A DNA stretch of 63,216 nt, the filler included, from Octopus bimaculoides (lineage: Eukaryota), in the NCBI RefSeq assembly GCF_001194135.2. It is 7 parts of 6 records of this genome, joined end to end, with 100 filler letters (N's around TTAATTAATTAA, not from the genome) between each part and the next. Parts side by side here need not be neighbours in the genome. Positions count along the whole stretch, not along the records: positions 39,508 to 52,491 come from NC_068982.1; positions 52,592 to 58,776 come from NW_026322531.1; positions 58,877 to 60,905 come from NC_068981.1; positions 61,006 to 63,216 come from NW_026390698.1; 3 more parts are not named here. One strand, written 5' to 3'. Shown here in pieces: positions 49,178-62,764 of the stretch. A program made the position numbers and the translations under genes. Under the pieces are notes generated by a model that was not told the origin of the DNA, did no database searches, and saw nothing but the letters and a program-made list of their open reading frames with translations. Every line of letters begins with the position of its first letter. Position 1 is the first letter of the stretch.

Positions 49178-50211
49178 TCACGCACGTAAACACAAGCTCG
49201 CATATATTAACGGTTGTTTTTGTATTGAGATACAATAAATACAATTTAGCATTGAACCGAAGTATCACTCAAAACTTTTTCTGGAGTTGTTTATTATACT
49301 TTTACAACTGGTGCAACAGTGATTCAGAAGTTTCGGTATGTTCGCTGAATGTATGTATATTTATATTATATGCATATATGCTTATGAATGTGTATGTATT
49401 TTATTTATTTGAGTAGTCTACCATGGTGTTTGACCTCTATTGTTAACGAAACAATTCTTATATAATAATATCAACAACAACGTTGGCGACGACCGCAACA
49501 ATGACAACAAAATAAAATGAAGTGAGAAATACGGTATGAAAAAAAAGTCGTACAGCATAATATCATTCGGTTTTTTCGCTATTATTACCAAATGAAGGAT
49601 ATCCGCTAGTTGCTGAAAATTTGCAGTAAAACGCTACTGTAATTACTCGTCGTGCCATTTTCAACATGTAAGTAGACTTGGCTCTCAGCAACTGGTCATG
49701 TAAATTGAACCTTTACAATACATGAATATGATGCTGCATTGCATGTTCTGAGATATTAAATGAAGGTGTTTAACTCAGTTAAAAGCTATTTAAATTCATG
49801 TGAAATGACTTTTAATCTATTCAACATTTTCCTCACAAATCGCGTATATCTACTTAGCATCTGTAAAAAAATTAATTTACTTTGCTTCACAAAATTTACT
49901 GCTGTAAATTACGTAATTTGGTTTTACTTTAAAAAAAATCTTACGATAAATCGTGTTCTGCTTGTCATCCTTATTATTTAGAAAAGGTCAGTGTTTTGTA
50001 ATAACATGGACAATTAACCTTGTTTTTTTCTGCTGTAAATTTACCGATGTCAAGACAAAGGCAATCGTCCTAAAAATGCAATGTAAATGTGAATGTACAA
50101 ATTATAACAAAGAATAATGATTTTCCTTGAATTATAAAACAATACACAACACAATGTTTATATTTTTTTCTAACCATTGTTTGTTATCATATGTAATACA
50201 ATTGATTTAAA

Positions 50212-50396
50212 TTTTAGAGGGACGACGAGCCGATTACATCGACCCCAGTACGTGACTGGTACTTTATTTTATTGACCTCGAAAGGATGAAAGGCGAAGCT
50301 GATCTTCGTAGGATTGGAACTCAGAACGTAAAGAGGTGGAAGAAATGCCATCAAGTAATTTTGCGAGGAGCTAGCGAGTCTGTCAACTCACCGTCT
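50212..50396 (-). mobile_element. SINE family B
   Basis: GATTACATCGACCCCAGTACG.GACTGGTAC...GAAAGGATGAAAGG...GAACTCAGAACG...TCTGTCAACTCACCG. Confidence 0.82.
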
Positions 50397-50734
50397 TCTG
50401 TCCTGTGTAATATAATACCGTGTAGTTGTTACGTAACCATACACGTCAAATTTTGATTTGTTGCAAGACGGATATTTAAGAATGTTAGAACGAATAATTC
50501 GAGACACGCAATAAAGTATGACTTGGTAGAATGTATCATGCTTTCGCCTATTGTTATAGGTATCTACTGTAATAGTAGACATAGACAACCTCTCGGACTC
50601 GCCACCTCATTTTCACAGAGGAACATCGAGGATATGACAGATGGAAAGTAAATAGATGTGCCAACACTCGGTTTGTAAATGTGTATCATACATATATGTA
50701 TGTGTAGACACGCATGCATGCACTCAGGTGCGCA

Positions 50735-50975
50735 TACCCACCTACCTAGAGCTTAGGGTGTTGCGCTCACGATCGCTATATCGTGAGTACAATTCCAAGA
50801 CCGAGTGGTTCGTTGTGTTCTTGAGCAAAACACTTCATCTCACGTTGCCTTGCGGTCACTTCGACATATGACGCGTGGCACACTGTACATCTGTTCAGAC
50901 AACGTCAATTTGATGGAAGGAGTGAGCTAATGTGCGGCGCCAACATTTCATTACTATAACCAAATCATTTGTGCT
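50735..50975 (+). mobile_element. Diverged SINE with C-variant head and another body
   Basis: TTAGGGTGTTGCGCTCACGATCG...TTGTGTTCTTGAGCAAAACACTTCATCTCACGTTGC. Confidence 0.6.
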
Positions 50976-52460
50976 ATATATATATACATACATCTTTACA
51001 AACAAACATAAACACACATATTTACGTATGCGAGTGTATTGTGCACCTATCTGAGTGCATATATATACATATTTACATACATATTTACATACATATTTAC
51101 ATATATTTTTTTTAAGACATCAAAATCGGTTGTTCTGTAAGGTAAGTGCTGGGGATACTTAGAGCATCTGGTCGCAAGATCCTGCCTCAAGTATGTACAC
51201 GATCGGCCCATACAAGCGTGGAAAAAAGAATATTATTGAAAGAACAAAGATATCTAACACAGATGTGGGTATTTATGTAATAATGCTCATACAATCGAAC
51301 TTTGGTTAAGTTTAAAATTCATTTGACCTTACAAACACAACTTTTATGATGCATAATAACATAAGAGATAGACGATAAATTTTTGAGAAACCCAAATCTA
51401 TTCTATTTCAGTAATGTCGTCTCGATATCGTCTGTTCGTGATCTTGCATAATACATCCCACTCGCAACAATACTCACTTTTGTTGTCCTCGTGACAATTC
51501 TATCCTTTTGGGATTGTACGTATTTCTGCAACCTTAAAATGACAACCGTCTTAAGGATTTTAACATCTCAATAATTTGTATAGTATTCATGCGCTACTTC
51601 ATCTGACCTTGTTTTAAACTGCAGACTGATGCTCCTTACTCAAGCTAGAGTAAACATCATACTTTATTGCTTGATTTATCTGTACTCTCTTCTTTTCTTA
51701 TTCTTAGACATAAATCACATTACATGTTTTTGTTTTTATATTTTTTTTTGTGTCCAAGTGTAAAATCTAATTGCTGATATTCTCTTTCAAATCATTGGCA
51801 GTATGTATGGGTTTTTTCCCCCTTTACTTTCTCTAAACTTCTAATGCCTATTGTTAAATAGTCAGTCACATTATAACCAAAGGCTAGCTACGTATCTTTT
51901 AGAGCTTTGTTTGTAACCAACACTCACGTGACATCTTAACCCAGTTTAAGTTATGTGCACATACTACTGTAACACCCTCTTTCGCCTTAAGCATACACAC
52001 ACGCACGCTCGCACGCGCACATATATACGACTTTATATACGTATATATGTATATATATACTGTGCATTTTTATATATACGTGTTTATGCATACATATATA
52101 CTGTATATATATATATATATANNNNNNNNNNNNNNNNNNNNNNNNNNNNNNNNNNNNNNNNNNNNNNNNNNNNNNNNNNNNNNNNNNNNNNNNNNNNNNN
52201 NNNNNNNNNNNNNNNNNNNNNNNNNNNNNNNNNNNNNNNNNNNNNNNNNNNNNNNNNNNNNNNNNNNNNNNNNNNNNATATATAAATATATATATATACT
52301 GTGTATATATACGTATATAGATATATGTATATATTTATGTATTTGTATATATATATCCGAGTGCATTTGTGCGTGTATCTATCTATCTGTGTATGTATGT
52401 ATGTATGTATGTATGTATGTATGTATGTATGTATGCATGTATGTGTGTATGTATGTATGC

Positions 52461-52491
<31 letters not shown>

Positions 52492-52619
52492 NNNNNNNNN
52501 NNNNNNNNNNNNNNNNNNNNNNNNNNNNNNNNNNNTTAATTAATTAANNNNNNNNNNNNNNNNNNNNNNNNNNNNNNNNNNNNNNNNNNNNATATGTATA
52601 TATATATGTATATATGTAT

Positions 52620-53340
52620 ATATATATGTATATATATAAGACCGTTTGGTCTTATAATCAGCCTTACAAAAACCAAAGCACTGCTTACCCCTGCTCCTGG
52701 AGAATATTATATTGAATCCAATAACGTTGTTTTTTTAACCAAATTGAGAGCTGTTGACAAGTATGTTCCCCGGTCACACAATCAAGCGAGAGTTTCTTAG
52801 AAGCTGCAATACTTTTGCTCATCCTGAAAGATTCTGCTGCTTCCGAAAAATTCGATGAGAGAGTCTCATTCGATCGCGACATAACCATCAATACCAACAG
52901 CTTTGTGAATAGAACGTGCGTGTTTACTGTTCTTTTGTACTCTAACAAAATTTGGACGATAAACTTTCAACATATTATAATGCTTGAGCCGTTTTAGCAG
53001 AAGTGTCCAAGGGGTGTGTTCGACATTAAATGGCAAAATAGAACTCCGGATATTGATGTCCTTGTCAGACCGCTATGCCCAATCATTGAGTTTCTTAGAA
53101 CATCTCAAATGCGATGGACATGACACATGAACCGTATGGAAGATAGCAGAAACTCATAGCAACTGTTTATTGGTGAGCTACAACTTGTTGAGGCTTGGAG
53201 ATAGTAGTAGCCATTGAATTTATCAAAAGATGTATTGTGCTGAAGGTCCGATTGCCAACATATCGGTTGAGGAAACACAACTAGATCACACAAAGCAGGG
53301 AAACGGTTGCATAATCAAGTACATGAACGACTTGAGAAAT
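52620..53340 (+). mobile_element. Decayed RTE-clade LINE RT C-terminal region
   Basis: KTKAL..PAPG; LRAVDKY; FEKF.ERV..DRDITINT...VLLYS.KIWT...HIIMLE.F.QKC...IKWQNR..DIDVL...QMRW.GH..RMEDSR...QLF.GEL. Confidence 0.85.
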
Positions 53341-54208
53341 TTGTCACGTACAAACAATTATAGTGATTGAAAAAAACACATCCAAGCGTACTCCTCCTTG
53401 TTGACTCCAAATTCTTTAAATTNNNNNNNNNNTGATAGTGTTTGTTTTCAAAATATTTAGTATTGTCATTCTTAACCGTCTTTTTTTCTTGACTATTGAG
53501 GAATGATTTAATAATTTATTATAACACAATTTCAACAGAGATCCTCTCAAATTTCGTTACTTTTAGCCACCTGATATGTAACGTAATTAATAACTGCCAT
53601 CTTAGTACGTACACTATTGAAAGCCATTATATACTTGCCCTGTATGTGCTTATTAAACATTTCCATGCTTTGCACAATAATTTATTTCTTTTCAAAGATT
53701 TAAGGAACTCGAGCCTGATAGAGTATATACCGGATCAATATGAAAGCTACGTTTTTGACACAACTGTATACTATTATACACGTGTCTCTGCTGATAAGGT
53801 TAAAAAATTGTGAATGTCATCTTTGAACTAGAGAGGCTCGCAAAAGCACCAGGGTAGAAACATTATATATTAATTGAAGGAACCAACGTATAATTTCGTT
53901 CTCGCCCATATACAAACTAAAATTAATGGTAAAAATACAATTAATCACTACTACCTGTTGCCAGATTACAAACGTACACATATTAAAGACAACTAACTAA
54001 TCCAGCATTAATATGTGACAATTAATCACTTCAAACTTGTATTCTAATTAATAACGATGTCAAATGCCTTTGTCTATGTACTGCATAATTACGTATTGCA
54101 CATTCTAATCATTTGGATAGAAGTAATTAGTTATAGTTATATTAATGTAAATGTTGGTTGTCTCTCTCCATATAAGCTGGTGTGTGTATGGATATTGTGT
54201 GTGTGTGT

Positions 54209-54261
<53 letters not shown>

Positions 54262-55432
54262 NNNNNNNNNNNNNNNNNNNNNNNNNNNNNNNNNNNNNNN
54301 NNNNNNNNNNNNNNNNNNNNNNNNNNNNNNNNNNNNNNNNNNNNNNNNNNNNNNNNNNNNNNNNNNNNNNNNNNNNNNNNNNNNNNNNNNNNNNNNNNNN
54401 NNNNNNNNNNNNNNNNNNNNNNNNNNNNNNNNNNNNNNNNNNNNNNNNNNNNNNNNNNNNNNNNNNNNNNNNNNNNNNNNNNNNNNNNNNNNNNNNNNNN
54501 NNNNNNNNNNNNNNNNNNNNNNNNNNNNNNNNNNNNNNNNNNNNNNNNNNNNNNNNNNNNNNNNNNNNNNNNNNNNNNNNNNNNNNNNNNNNNNNNNNNN
54601 NNNNNNNNNNNNNNNNNNNNNNNNNNNNNNNNNNNNNNNNNNNNNNNNNNNNNNNNNNNNNNNNNNNNNNNNNNNNNNNNNNNNNNNNNNNNNNNNNNNN
54701 NNNNNNNNNNNNNNNNNNNNNNNNNNNNNNNNNNNNNNNNNNNNNNNNNNNNNNNNNNNNNNNNNNNNNNNNNNNNNNNNNNNNNNNNNNNNNNNNNNNN
54801 NNNNNNNNNNNNNNNNNNNNNNNNNNNNNNNNNNNNNNNNNNNNNNNNNNNNNNNNNNNNNNNNNNNNNNNNNNNNNNNNNNNNNNNNNNNNNNNNNNNN
54901 NNNNNNNNNNNNNNNATATATGTCTATCAGCATGGAGGTTTTTAATATATACACTAATATATGCGTAGACTGAATCATTTATCTATCTATTAGTATGTCT
55001 ATGGAACTACCTTCAGCAATGTGTATATAATTATATAATTAGTAGTCTACCAAATTATAAATGTATATTTGCATTTGAGTCGATGTATGTCTTAAGCAGA
55101 AGCGCCAGGTCACCATAAAACAATCATAAAATATGCATATCTTTAATTAGGAATTAACTCATATATGAGATCATACTCTGAAACACGAATTACGATAACT
55201 TTTGCCTCTTTTTCTACAATATGCTCCCTTTTTTTCTTGCATTTTTCTACGAGGTACAAGAAAATGAAACATATTTTGAAAGATTTTCAGTCGATCTGGA
55301 AATATATATATATATATATATATATCTCAGGTTTACATTGGTTCCATAGCCTTCGTAAAACACGTGTAAATAATAGGTAGTACATAATTTAAGAAATACC
55401 TCTCCAGTTTTGATTTCACTATTAAATAAATA

Positions 55433-55822
55433 TGTGGAGGCGCAATGGCCCAGTGTTTAGGGCAGCGGACTGGGGGTCATAGGATCGCGGTTTCGATTCC
55501 CAGACCAGGCGTTTTGAGTGTTTATTGAGCGAAAACACCTAAAGCTCCACGAGGCTCCGGCAGGGGATGGTGGCGAACCCTGCTGTACTCTTTCACCACA
55601 ACCTTCTCTCACTCTTACTTCCTGTTTCTGTTGTGCCTGAAATTCCAAGGGTCAGCCTTGTCACACTGTGTTACGCTGAATATCCCCGAGAACTACGTTA
55701 AGGGTACACGTGTCAATGGAGTGCTCAGCCACTTGCACGTTAATTTCACGAGCAGGCTGTTCCGTTGATCGGATCAACTGGAACCCTCGACGTGGTAAGC
55801 GACGGAGTGTCAGCAACAACAA
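55433..55822 (+). mobile_element. SINE family C, complete reference copy
   Basis: tRNA-like head GGAGGCGCAATGGCCCAGTG...GGTTTCGATTCCC, body, tail GTTGATCGGATCAACTGGAACCCTCGACG...GACGGAGTG + (AAC)n. Confidence 0.95.
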
Positions 55823-56407
55823 TTTAATAAACATATCACTCTTATTAAATAAATGCATAGGTGTGTATTTTGCTATCTTTTACTTTTAATTGCCGATTTG
55901 TATATTTGAATAGCTTTCAAAATAAAGGAATATCAACGATGTAAATTGCGAGCATTTTGCGAAAACTTAAATAGGAAGAAATCCATAAGACGTCACTACA
56001 CAAATTTTTGGACCATCGTTTATATCGTCAAATATATCGAATGGATTAAAACCAACCTAGTAGCTACAACTGCGTACATTAATAGCTACGTTATTTCCAA
56101 ATCATATTGATTACAAACATAAAAGACATATTGGCAGTTTTATTCGAAGGATTCACCATATATTAAATAAACAGACTGGGGAAGGTTTGACCGTTTTTCA
56201 TCTTGAGCGCACCCAATCAGAGGTCAACAACAAGAACATCTATGTATACTGTTGATTTTGAACTGAATCAGCAGACATTGGATGTTGGTATTTTGATATG
56301 TGTTCATCGCCACGTCTTTATTAATAGTCTTATCAATGTCTTTCATGATAAGCAGGGAAAGAATTGTCCATTTTCCATGTTATTTCTCTTTAGGTTTCTT
56401 GCACTTT

Positions 56408-56625
56408 TGACCATTTAGCATTTAAACCAGCTATTTCAAGCACAAGCGTTCTACTTGTTTTCTGGTCAAACGAACTAGATATAGTCATTCAAACGTAACC
56501 TGCAATGTTATCCTAATAATAAAGAATCATATCTTTGAAATCTTGACTCTAAGAGATAATACCTGATTAATTCAAGATAATGGTAAATGAATAATTATTA
56601 CATTTCAGAGAATCCTCTGAACGGT
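56408..56625. mobile_element. Old MITE-like repeat, (TT)GACCATTTAGCATT terminus
   Basis: Begins like a TTAACCCTTTAGCATT piggyBac-type end; right end eroded. Confidence 0.35.
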
Positions 56626-56811
56626 AATCCCCAATAACTGCCTACCCGAAAAAAAAAAAAAACAGAAGTTTTTTTCAAAGCGGTCTGCATCGTAAATACT
56701 TGCGTGTACAAGATTCATTGTACTAATAAGAAATACGAATGATGATCAGGTTTTCTGTGTTACCTCTCACTGAGCAACACTTCCTTATATGACATTTGTT
56801 TGGTGAATTCC

Positions 56812-57171
56812 TTCCTTGCTTACCAACCACATAGTTCCGGGTTCAGTCCTGCTGCGTGACAATTTGAGCAGGCGTCTTCTACTATAGCCTCGGACCGACC
56901 AAAGCCTTGTGAGTGGATTTGGAAGACGGAAACTGAAAGAAGCCTGTCGTTTATATGTAGATATATGTGAGTTTGTTTGTGTGTGTTTGTCCCCTCCCCC
57001 AACAACGCTTGACAACCGATGCTGGTGTGTTTACGTCCCTGTAACTTAGCAGTTCGGTAAAAGAGACCGATAGAATAAGTACTAGGCTTACAAAGAATAA
57101 GTCCTGGGGTCGATTTGCTCGACGACTAAATGCGGTGCTCCAGCATGGCCGCAAGTAAAAGAGTAAAAGAG
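56812..57171 (+). mobile_element. SINE family A with a very short internal microsatellite
   Basis: Head, about 30-bp TA/TG spacer, full tail to (AAGTAAAAGAG)n. Confidence 0.92.
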
Positions 57172-58569
57172 GAATTACGCAGAATTGAACCGTATCTATA
57201 TCCTTTGTTTGTGTTGACATTTTCCTTGTATTGTTCGATCATTGTTATTTCGTGAAACTTACCGCTTCGAGAAATAAGGTACAGTAAGATACGTTACAAA
57301 ATGGAAGGAACGCAGGGAATAATAGAATGTGTTCGGCAAATCCCTTGAAGACGGTATACCATTATGAATACATGGCAAAGTGTTAACGTATATTTCTTAA
57401 GTGTTCATATATCTTCGTTTGTGAATGTTATCAATATGGCTTATGTTGTTTACCTGTTTGCATACTCATATTGACAACACATTCTTCAACTGAACACAAT
57501 ATTTCTTAATTAAAAAGGAAGGGTTGTTTCAATGTAAAACTTGATTTTGGCAAATCAGATTGAAATTCTAAAACATGCTTTCTGTTTTCAGCTGTTTATC
57601 TAGTCAGGTTCAATACAATTTGTTTTATTTGTCTCACCAATAAATATAAAAAAAAGAAAATGCGACGTTTCCATCAATGGATGCCTGATTAAGAATTAAC
57701 GAGACTGTTTTCACATTAGAATTTAAAAGAAAAATACAGAAATGTATTTTTGTAAATAGTATGCCTGACAAAATCGATTTATGTAAAATTCATTATGTGT
57801 AACAAAGAAAATATTGGTTACTTTTTACTGTATTTCCATAACGTAAACACGAGAGAGTCTACGTTTTATGTTGAAAAATCTTTAATTAACTTAGATTTTT
57901 CTGACATATTTTCTGTAAAGCATAAAGGAGCTGTTTGAATTTTAAGCACTGTTAGATAAAGATGCAGAATATATATTCATATTTACAGGATCTAGTCGAA
58001 ATATATGCAGTTTTACGTATAGTGTTTTTTTTCTTTTTTACCTTAAAGGAGTTTAAGTTTAGCATTTTCATTGATAAGCATAAGCCATGTACATGAGAGG
58101 AACAAAAATATGAGCTGATAATGTGTTTGTTTCAGAATAAAAAAAGTATACACATCTGAGCAAACACAACGCAGAGAAGCCAAATGGTGAATACGTACTC
58201 AATGAATATATCAAAGGAGCAGAAAGCTATGGAAACTGCTCAAATAATGGATTATACAAACAGAATGTAAACTTAAAACAAGCGTTTACGATCTTAATTT
58301 ACATACATATGACAAAATTATGGCAGCGGATTTAAATGGAATGAATTGAGAGGGTAAACACTGCCTAGAATAATCAATTCCGTAAATAAATATTATGTTG
58401 GGGAGAAGAAGTACAATATCACGTATTGTCATTCTACAACGACGGCTCTTGTTTAAAAAAAAACATACACATTACAAATTGTACCCTCTCTTACACATAA
58501 TCTTTTTACAACGATATGTAAATGTTAACATATATAAGCATTATGATTGCATACACACACATATACAGA

Positions 58570-58611
<42 letters not shown>

Positions 58612-58741
58612 CACACCTACATATGTGTATGTGAGTGTGCATTTTATGTACATTTAATATATATATTTTTTCAAATACACCTAACTGTGCCAATATATAA
58701 GCATGTATATATGCATACATATGTCTATAAATAAATATGTA

Positions 58742-58776
<35 letters not shown>

Positions 58777-58920
58777 NNNNNNNNNNNNNNNNNNNNNNNN
58801 NNNNNNNNNNNNNNNNNNNNTTAATTAATTAANNNNNNNNNNNNNNNNNNNNNNNNNNNNNNNNNNNNNNNNNNNNTATATATGTATGTATATATATATT
58901 TACACACATACATATACAAC

Positions 58921-60204
58921 TCAGGTTGAATAAAAAGTAAGCAACATTTTGAACTATGAAGAATTTATACTGGATTTTTGCAGAGTTTTGAATTTTTTTA
59001 AACATTTTTTTGCAATTGTCTGATAATACAGACATAAACTTTCCCAAATGCATCAATAAATTATCATTGATATTTTTTTCACTGTTGTTACAATCACTTG
59101 AAATGAAACTGTTAAAGTGCGATATTCAAGCAATTTTGCTATTCAACTTCAAAAAAACGACATAGAGCAGCTGAAACTGCTTGCGATATCAGCAAAACGT
59201 TTGGTGAAGAAATGACCAGCGAGTGGTCAGCTTGAAAATGGTTTAAACGATTTTGCAGTGGAGACCTGAGCCTTGAAGATCATGAGCATAGTGGACGCCC
59301 ATCTGTCATTGATGACATTCAATTCAAGGCCGTCATTGACAAAGATCCACGTAAAACCACTCAAGAACTGGTAAAAGAACTTCAAGTTAGCCAGAAAACT
59401 GCCTGCAACCATTTGCATGTGATCAAAAAATCCCAAAACGCTTGACAAACGGATACCACATGATTTGAATGAAAATCAGAAAATGTGCAGATATGAAATT
59501 TGCATATCACTTCTTCATAACCAGACTGATCCATTTTTTGACTGTATTGTAACTTGTGATGAAAAGTAGATTCTGTACAACAGTAAAAAATGTTCTTCGC
59601 AGTGGTTGAACCAAAATGAAGCACCATAAACTTTCCTAAACCTGAGCTCTTCAAAAAGAAGGTTATGGTGACTGTTTGGTGGTGTACTGCTTGATTCATC
59701 CACTATAACTTCTTAAAACCCAGAGAAAACCATTACTGCAGGAACATATTGCCATGAAATTGCCTAAATGAATGAGAAACTGCTACTCCTTCATCCCAGA
59801 CTGGTCAACAGAAGAGGGCCGATCATTCTTCATGACAATGCTCAACCACACATTTCACTAATGATGCTCCAAAAGTTGAGGGAACTTGGGCTATGAAGTT
59901 CTTCCCCACCCAATTTATTCCCCAGACCTTCCTCCTACTGACTACCACTTTTTCAAGCACCTTGATGGTTCCCTGTGAGAGAAGGAGTTCAAAAATCAAA
60001 CTGATGCTGAAAATGCATTGAAAGAGTTCATCAGCTCCAGAACTCCAGATATTTATTGTACTGGAATAACCAAACTTGTAACGTGTTGGCAAAACTGTGT
60101 TGATTATAACTGTACTTACTTTGATGAATAAAATTTCCGCATTGTTAAAATATATTGTGATGAATTTCATGTTTCAAAACATTGCTTACTTTTTACTCAG
60201 CCTG

Positions 60205-60205
<1 letters not shown>
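58921..60205 (+). mobile_element. Full-length mariner (DD34D) transposon, inactive
   Basis: TIRs TCAGGTTGAATAAAAAGTAAGCAACATTTTGAAC / GTTTCAAAACATTGCTTACTTTTTACTCAGCCTGA followed by TA; about 1.29 kb. Confidence 0.93.
59103..60131 (+). pseudogene. Mariner transposase pseudogene
   Basis: WFKRFCSGDLSLED.E.SGRP; IVTCDEK*ILYN; KKVMVTVWW; ILHDNAQPH; YSPDLPPTDYHFF; several stops and frameshifts. Confidence 0.93.
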
Positions 60206-60236
<31 letters not shown>

Positions 60237-60381
60237 CTTTTAAATTCGTTTATGTTAATGTTAAGGGTATGCAAATGAAGTTCCTATTTCATTATGCTGG
60301 TACTGTCTAATGATACTGACTAGTGAGTCAGTTTTTCGGTGTTGCATCATGGTTATACCAATATAATGTAGGATAAATATG

Positions 60382-60423
<42 letters not shown>

Positions 60424-60428
<5 letters not shown>

Positions 60429-60843
60429 TCTCAGATGGAATTTATAAATATTTAATACATCACTACGCACATTTTCACAAATCACATGATTTTAACATGA
60501 GAGTCCATATCCTTGGGATGAGTACAGTATAGTCCATAGTATCTGTTGGCATCCAGTTGATCATCATTCACCCATTTCATCAGGCTATACCACATTATTG
60601 GATGAATCACAGGGGAATGTTTATCCCTTCTTGCTAGAATGAAGGCCAATCTAGCTATGTAAGTATTTCTGTGAGTACTGCCTGATGAAATGAATGAATG
60701 ATGATTAACTGGATGTCAATGGATACTATGGACTATACTGTAGTCATCCCAAGGATACAGACACTGATGCTAAAGTCATGTGATTTGTGGAAACGTGCAC
60801 AGCAATGTATTAAATATTTATAAATTCCATCCTTAGAATTATT
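60424..60843. mobile_element. Foldback element, about 163-bp inverted arms, about 94-bp spacer
   Basis: 60424-60585 pairs with 60680-60843 (ATCCTTGGGATGAGTACAGTATAGTCCATAGTATC / GATACTATGGACTATACTGTAGTCATCCCAAGGAT). Confidence 0.9.
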
Positions 60844-60860
60844 GTCATTATTATTATAGG

Positions 60861-60905
<45 letters not shown>

Positions 60906-61607
60906 NNNNNNNNNNNNNNNNNNNNNNNNNNNNNNNNNNNNNNNNNNNNTTAATTAATTAANNNNNNNNNNNNNNNNNNNNNNNNNNNNNNNNNNNNNNN
61001 NNNNNATATATATATGTATATCACTCTTAAGTGGTACAGAAAATTTTATAACTAATGAATGAAGTTAAGCTAGATTCATTCGTTGTCTTCTTAGAATTAC
61101 AAATTACCAGTGATGTGTATGTAGTTTCTGCACCAGTGGACATTTTGATTGTTTCACTGTTGGAAGATGTGATAGTAGATAGCCAGGAGTCCGATTTGCG
61201 CTCGAAATACACCGATTTTCAATCCTATCAAAACCAGTATTACACACACACACAGACACACACACATATGCACGCACACATATACATACACACATACACA
61301 CGCGCGTGTGGATTTAAGAAAATCTGGTTGGTAACCACGTGCTGCGCATTTAGCCCGCAAGGATTATTTGGACTCTAAGTGTGTCAAAAGCAACTAACCC
61401 AGAAAATGGAAAACTCTAATAGCAAAGCTTGAAATATGTTATTCACTGAGATTGTGGCAAGCGTTTTGCATCAACTTTCTCCTATCAGAATTTTCAAAAT
61501 GTGTGGATGGCCATACACGACCCTTCATCACCGGAAATGTTTCATCAGTGTAGGTAGTCTAACAATTATCATATAGGTCGGGTTAAAAAACGGCAGAGAA
61601 TCGATTA

Positions 61608-61666
<59 letters not shown>

Positions 61667-61802
61667 TACACCACCTGTCCTCGTCTGTTGTATATTCTCC
61701 CATATATATATATATATGTAAAAGGTTGAAGAGGAACACACGAGTAGATATATATATGGAAAAAAGGCAAGGTAGAAAATGCTAAAATAATTTTATAAAA
61801 AA

Positions 61803-61849
61803 CATTTCAGTACCGGTTTCGATCCTTGAGATCTTTTCAACTGTAAATA
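61803..61849 (-). ncRNA. Minimal type I hammerhead ribozyme with U3-A8 core variant
   Basis: Reverse complement TATTTACAG-TTGAAAA-GATC/TCAAG/GATC-GAAAC-CG-GTA-CTGAAATG: 8-bp stem I with one bulge, 4-bp stem II with G10.1-C11.1, palindromic ACCGGT, GUA cleavage triplet. Confidence 0.65.
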
Positions 61850-62721
61850 TGGATAACAAATTTTGGAAAAATTAAACCATGAAGAAAAAGGTGTATGTAT
61901 ATATATATATATATATATNNNNNNNNNNNNNNNNNNNNNNNNNNNNNNNNNNNNNNNNNNNNNNNNNNNNNNNNNNNNNNNNNNNNNNNNNNNNNNNNNN
62001 NNNNNNNNNNNNNNNNNNNNNNNNNNNNNNNNNNNNNNNNNNNNNNNNNNNNNNNNNNNNNNNNNNNNNNNNNNNNNNNNNNNNNNNNNNNNNNNNNNNN
62101 NNNNNNNNNNNNNNNNNNNNNNNNNNNNNNNNNNNNNNNNNNNNNNNNNNNNNNNNNNNNNNNNNNNNNNNNNNNNNNNNNNNNNNNNNNNNNNNNNNNN
62201 NNNNNNNNNNNNNNNNNNNNNNNNNNNNNNNNNNNNNNNNNNNNNNNNNNNNNNNNNNNNNNNNNNNNNNNNNNNNNNNNNNNNNNNNNNNNNNNNNNNN
62301 NNNNNNNNNNNNNNNNNNNNNNNNNNNNNNNNNNNNNNNNNNNNNNNNNNNNNNNNNNNNNNNNNNNNNNNNNNNNNNNNNNNNNNNNNNNNNNNNNNNN
62401 NNNNNNNNNNNNNNNNNNNNNNNNNNNNNNNNNNNNNNNNNNNNNNNNNNNNNNNNNNNNNNNNNNNNNNNNNNNNNNNNNNNNNNNNNNNNNNNNNNNN
62501 NNNNNNNNNNNNNNNNNNNNNNNNNNNNNNNNNNNNNNNNNNNNNNNNNNNNNNNNNNNNNNNNNNNNNNNNNNNNNNNNNNNNNNNNNNNNNNNNNNNN
62601 NNNNNNNNNNNNNNNNNNNNNNNNNNNNNNNNNNNNNNNNNNNNNNNNNNNNNNNNNNNNNNNNNNNNNNNNNNNNNNNNNNNNNNNNNNNNNNNNNTAT
62701 ATATACACACTAATATATACA

Positions 62722-62755
<34 letters not shown>

Positions 62756-62764
62756 AAACTAGAT

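Noticed and set aside
50386-50588. Minus-strand ORF ending at a GTGAGT donor
   Set aside because: The GTGAGT is part of the SINE B head (GGTGAG(C/T)TG); the frame with signal-peptide-like residues stops early.
57263-57345. 81-nt minus-strand candidate exon before GTAAGT
   Set aside because: Chance-level splice signals, no homology.
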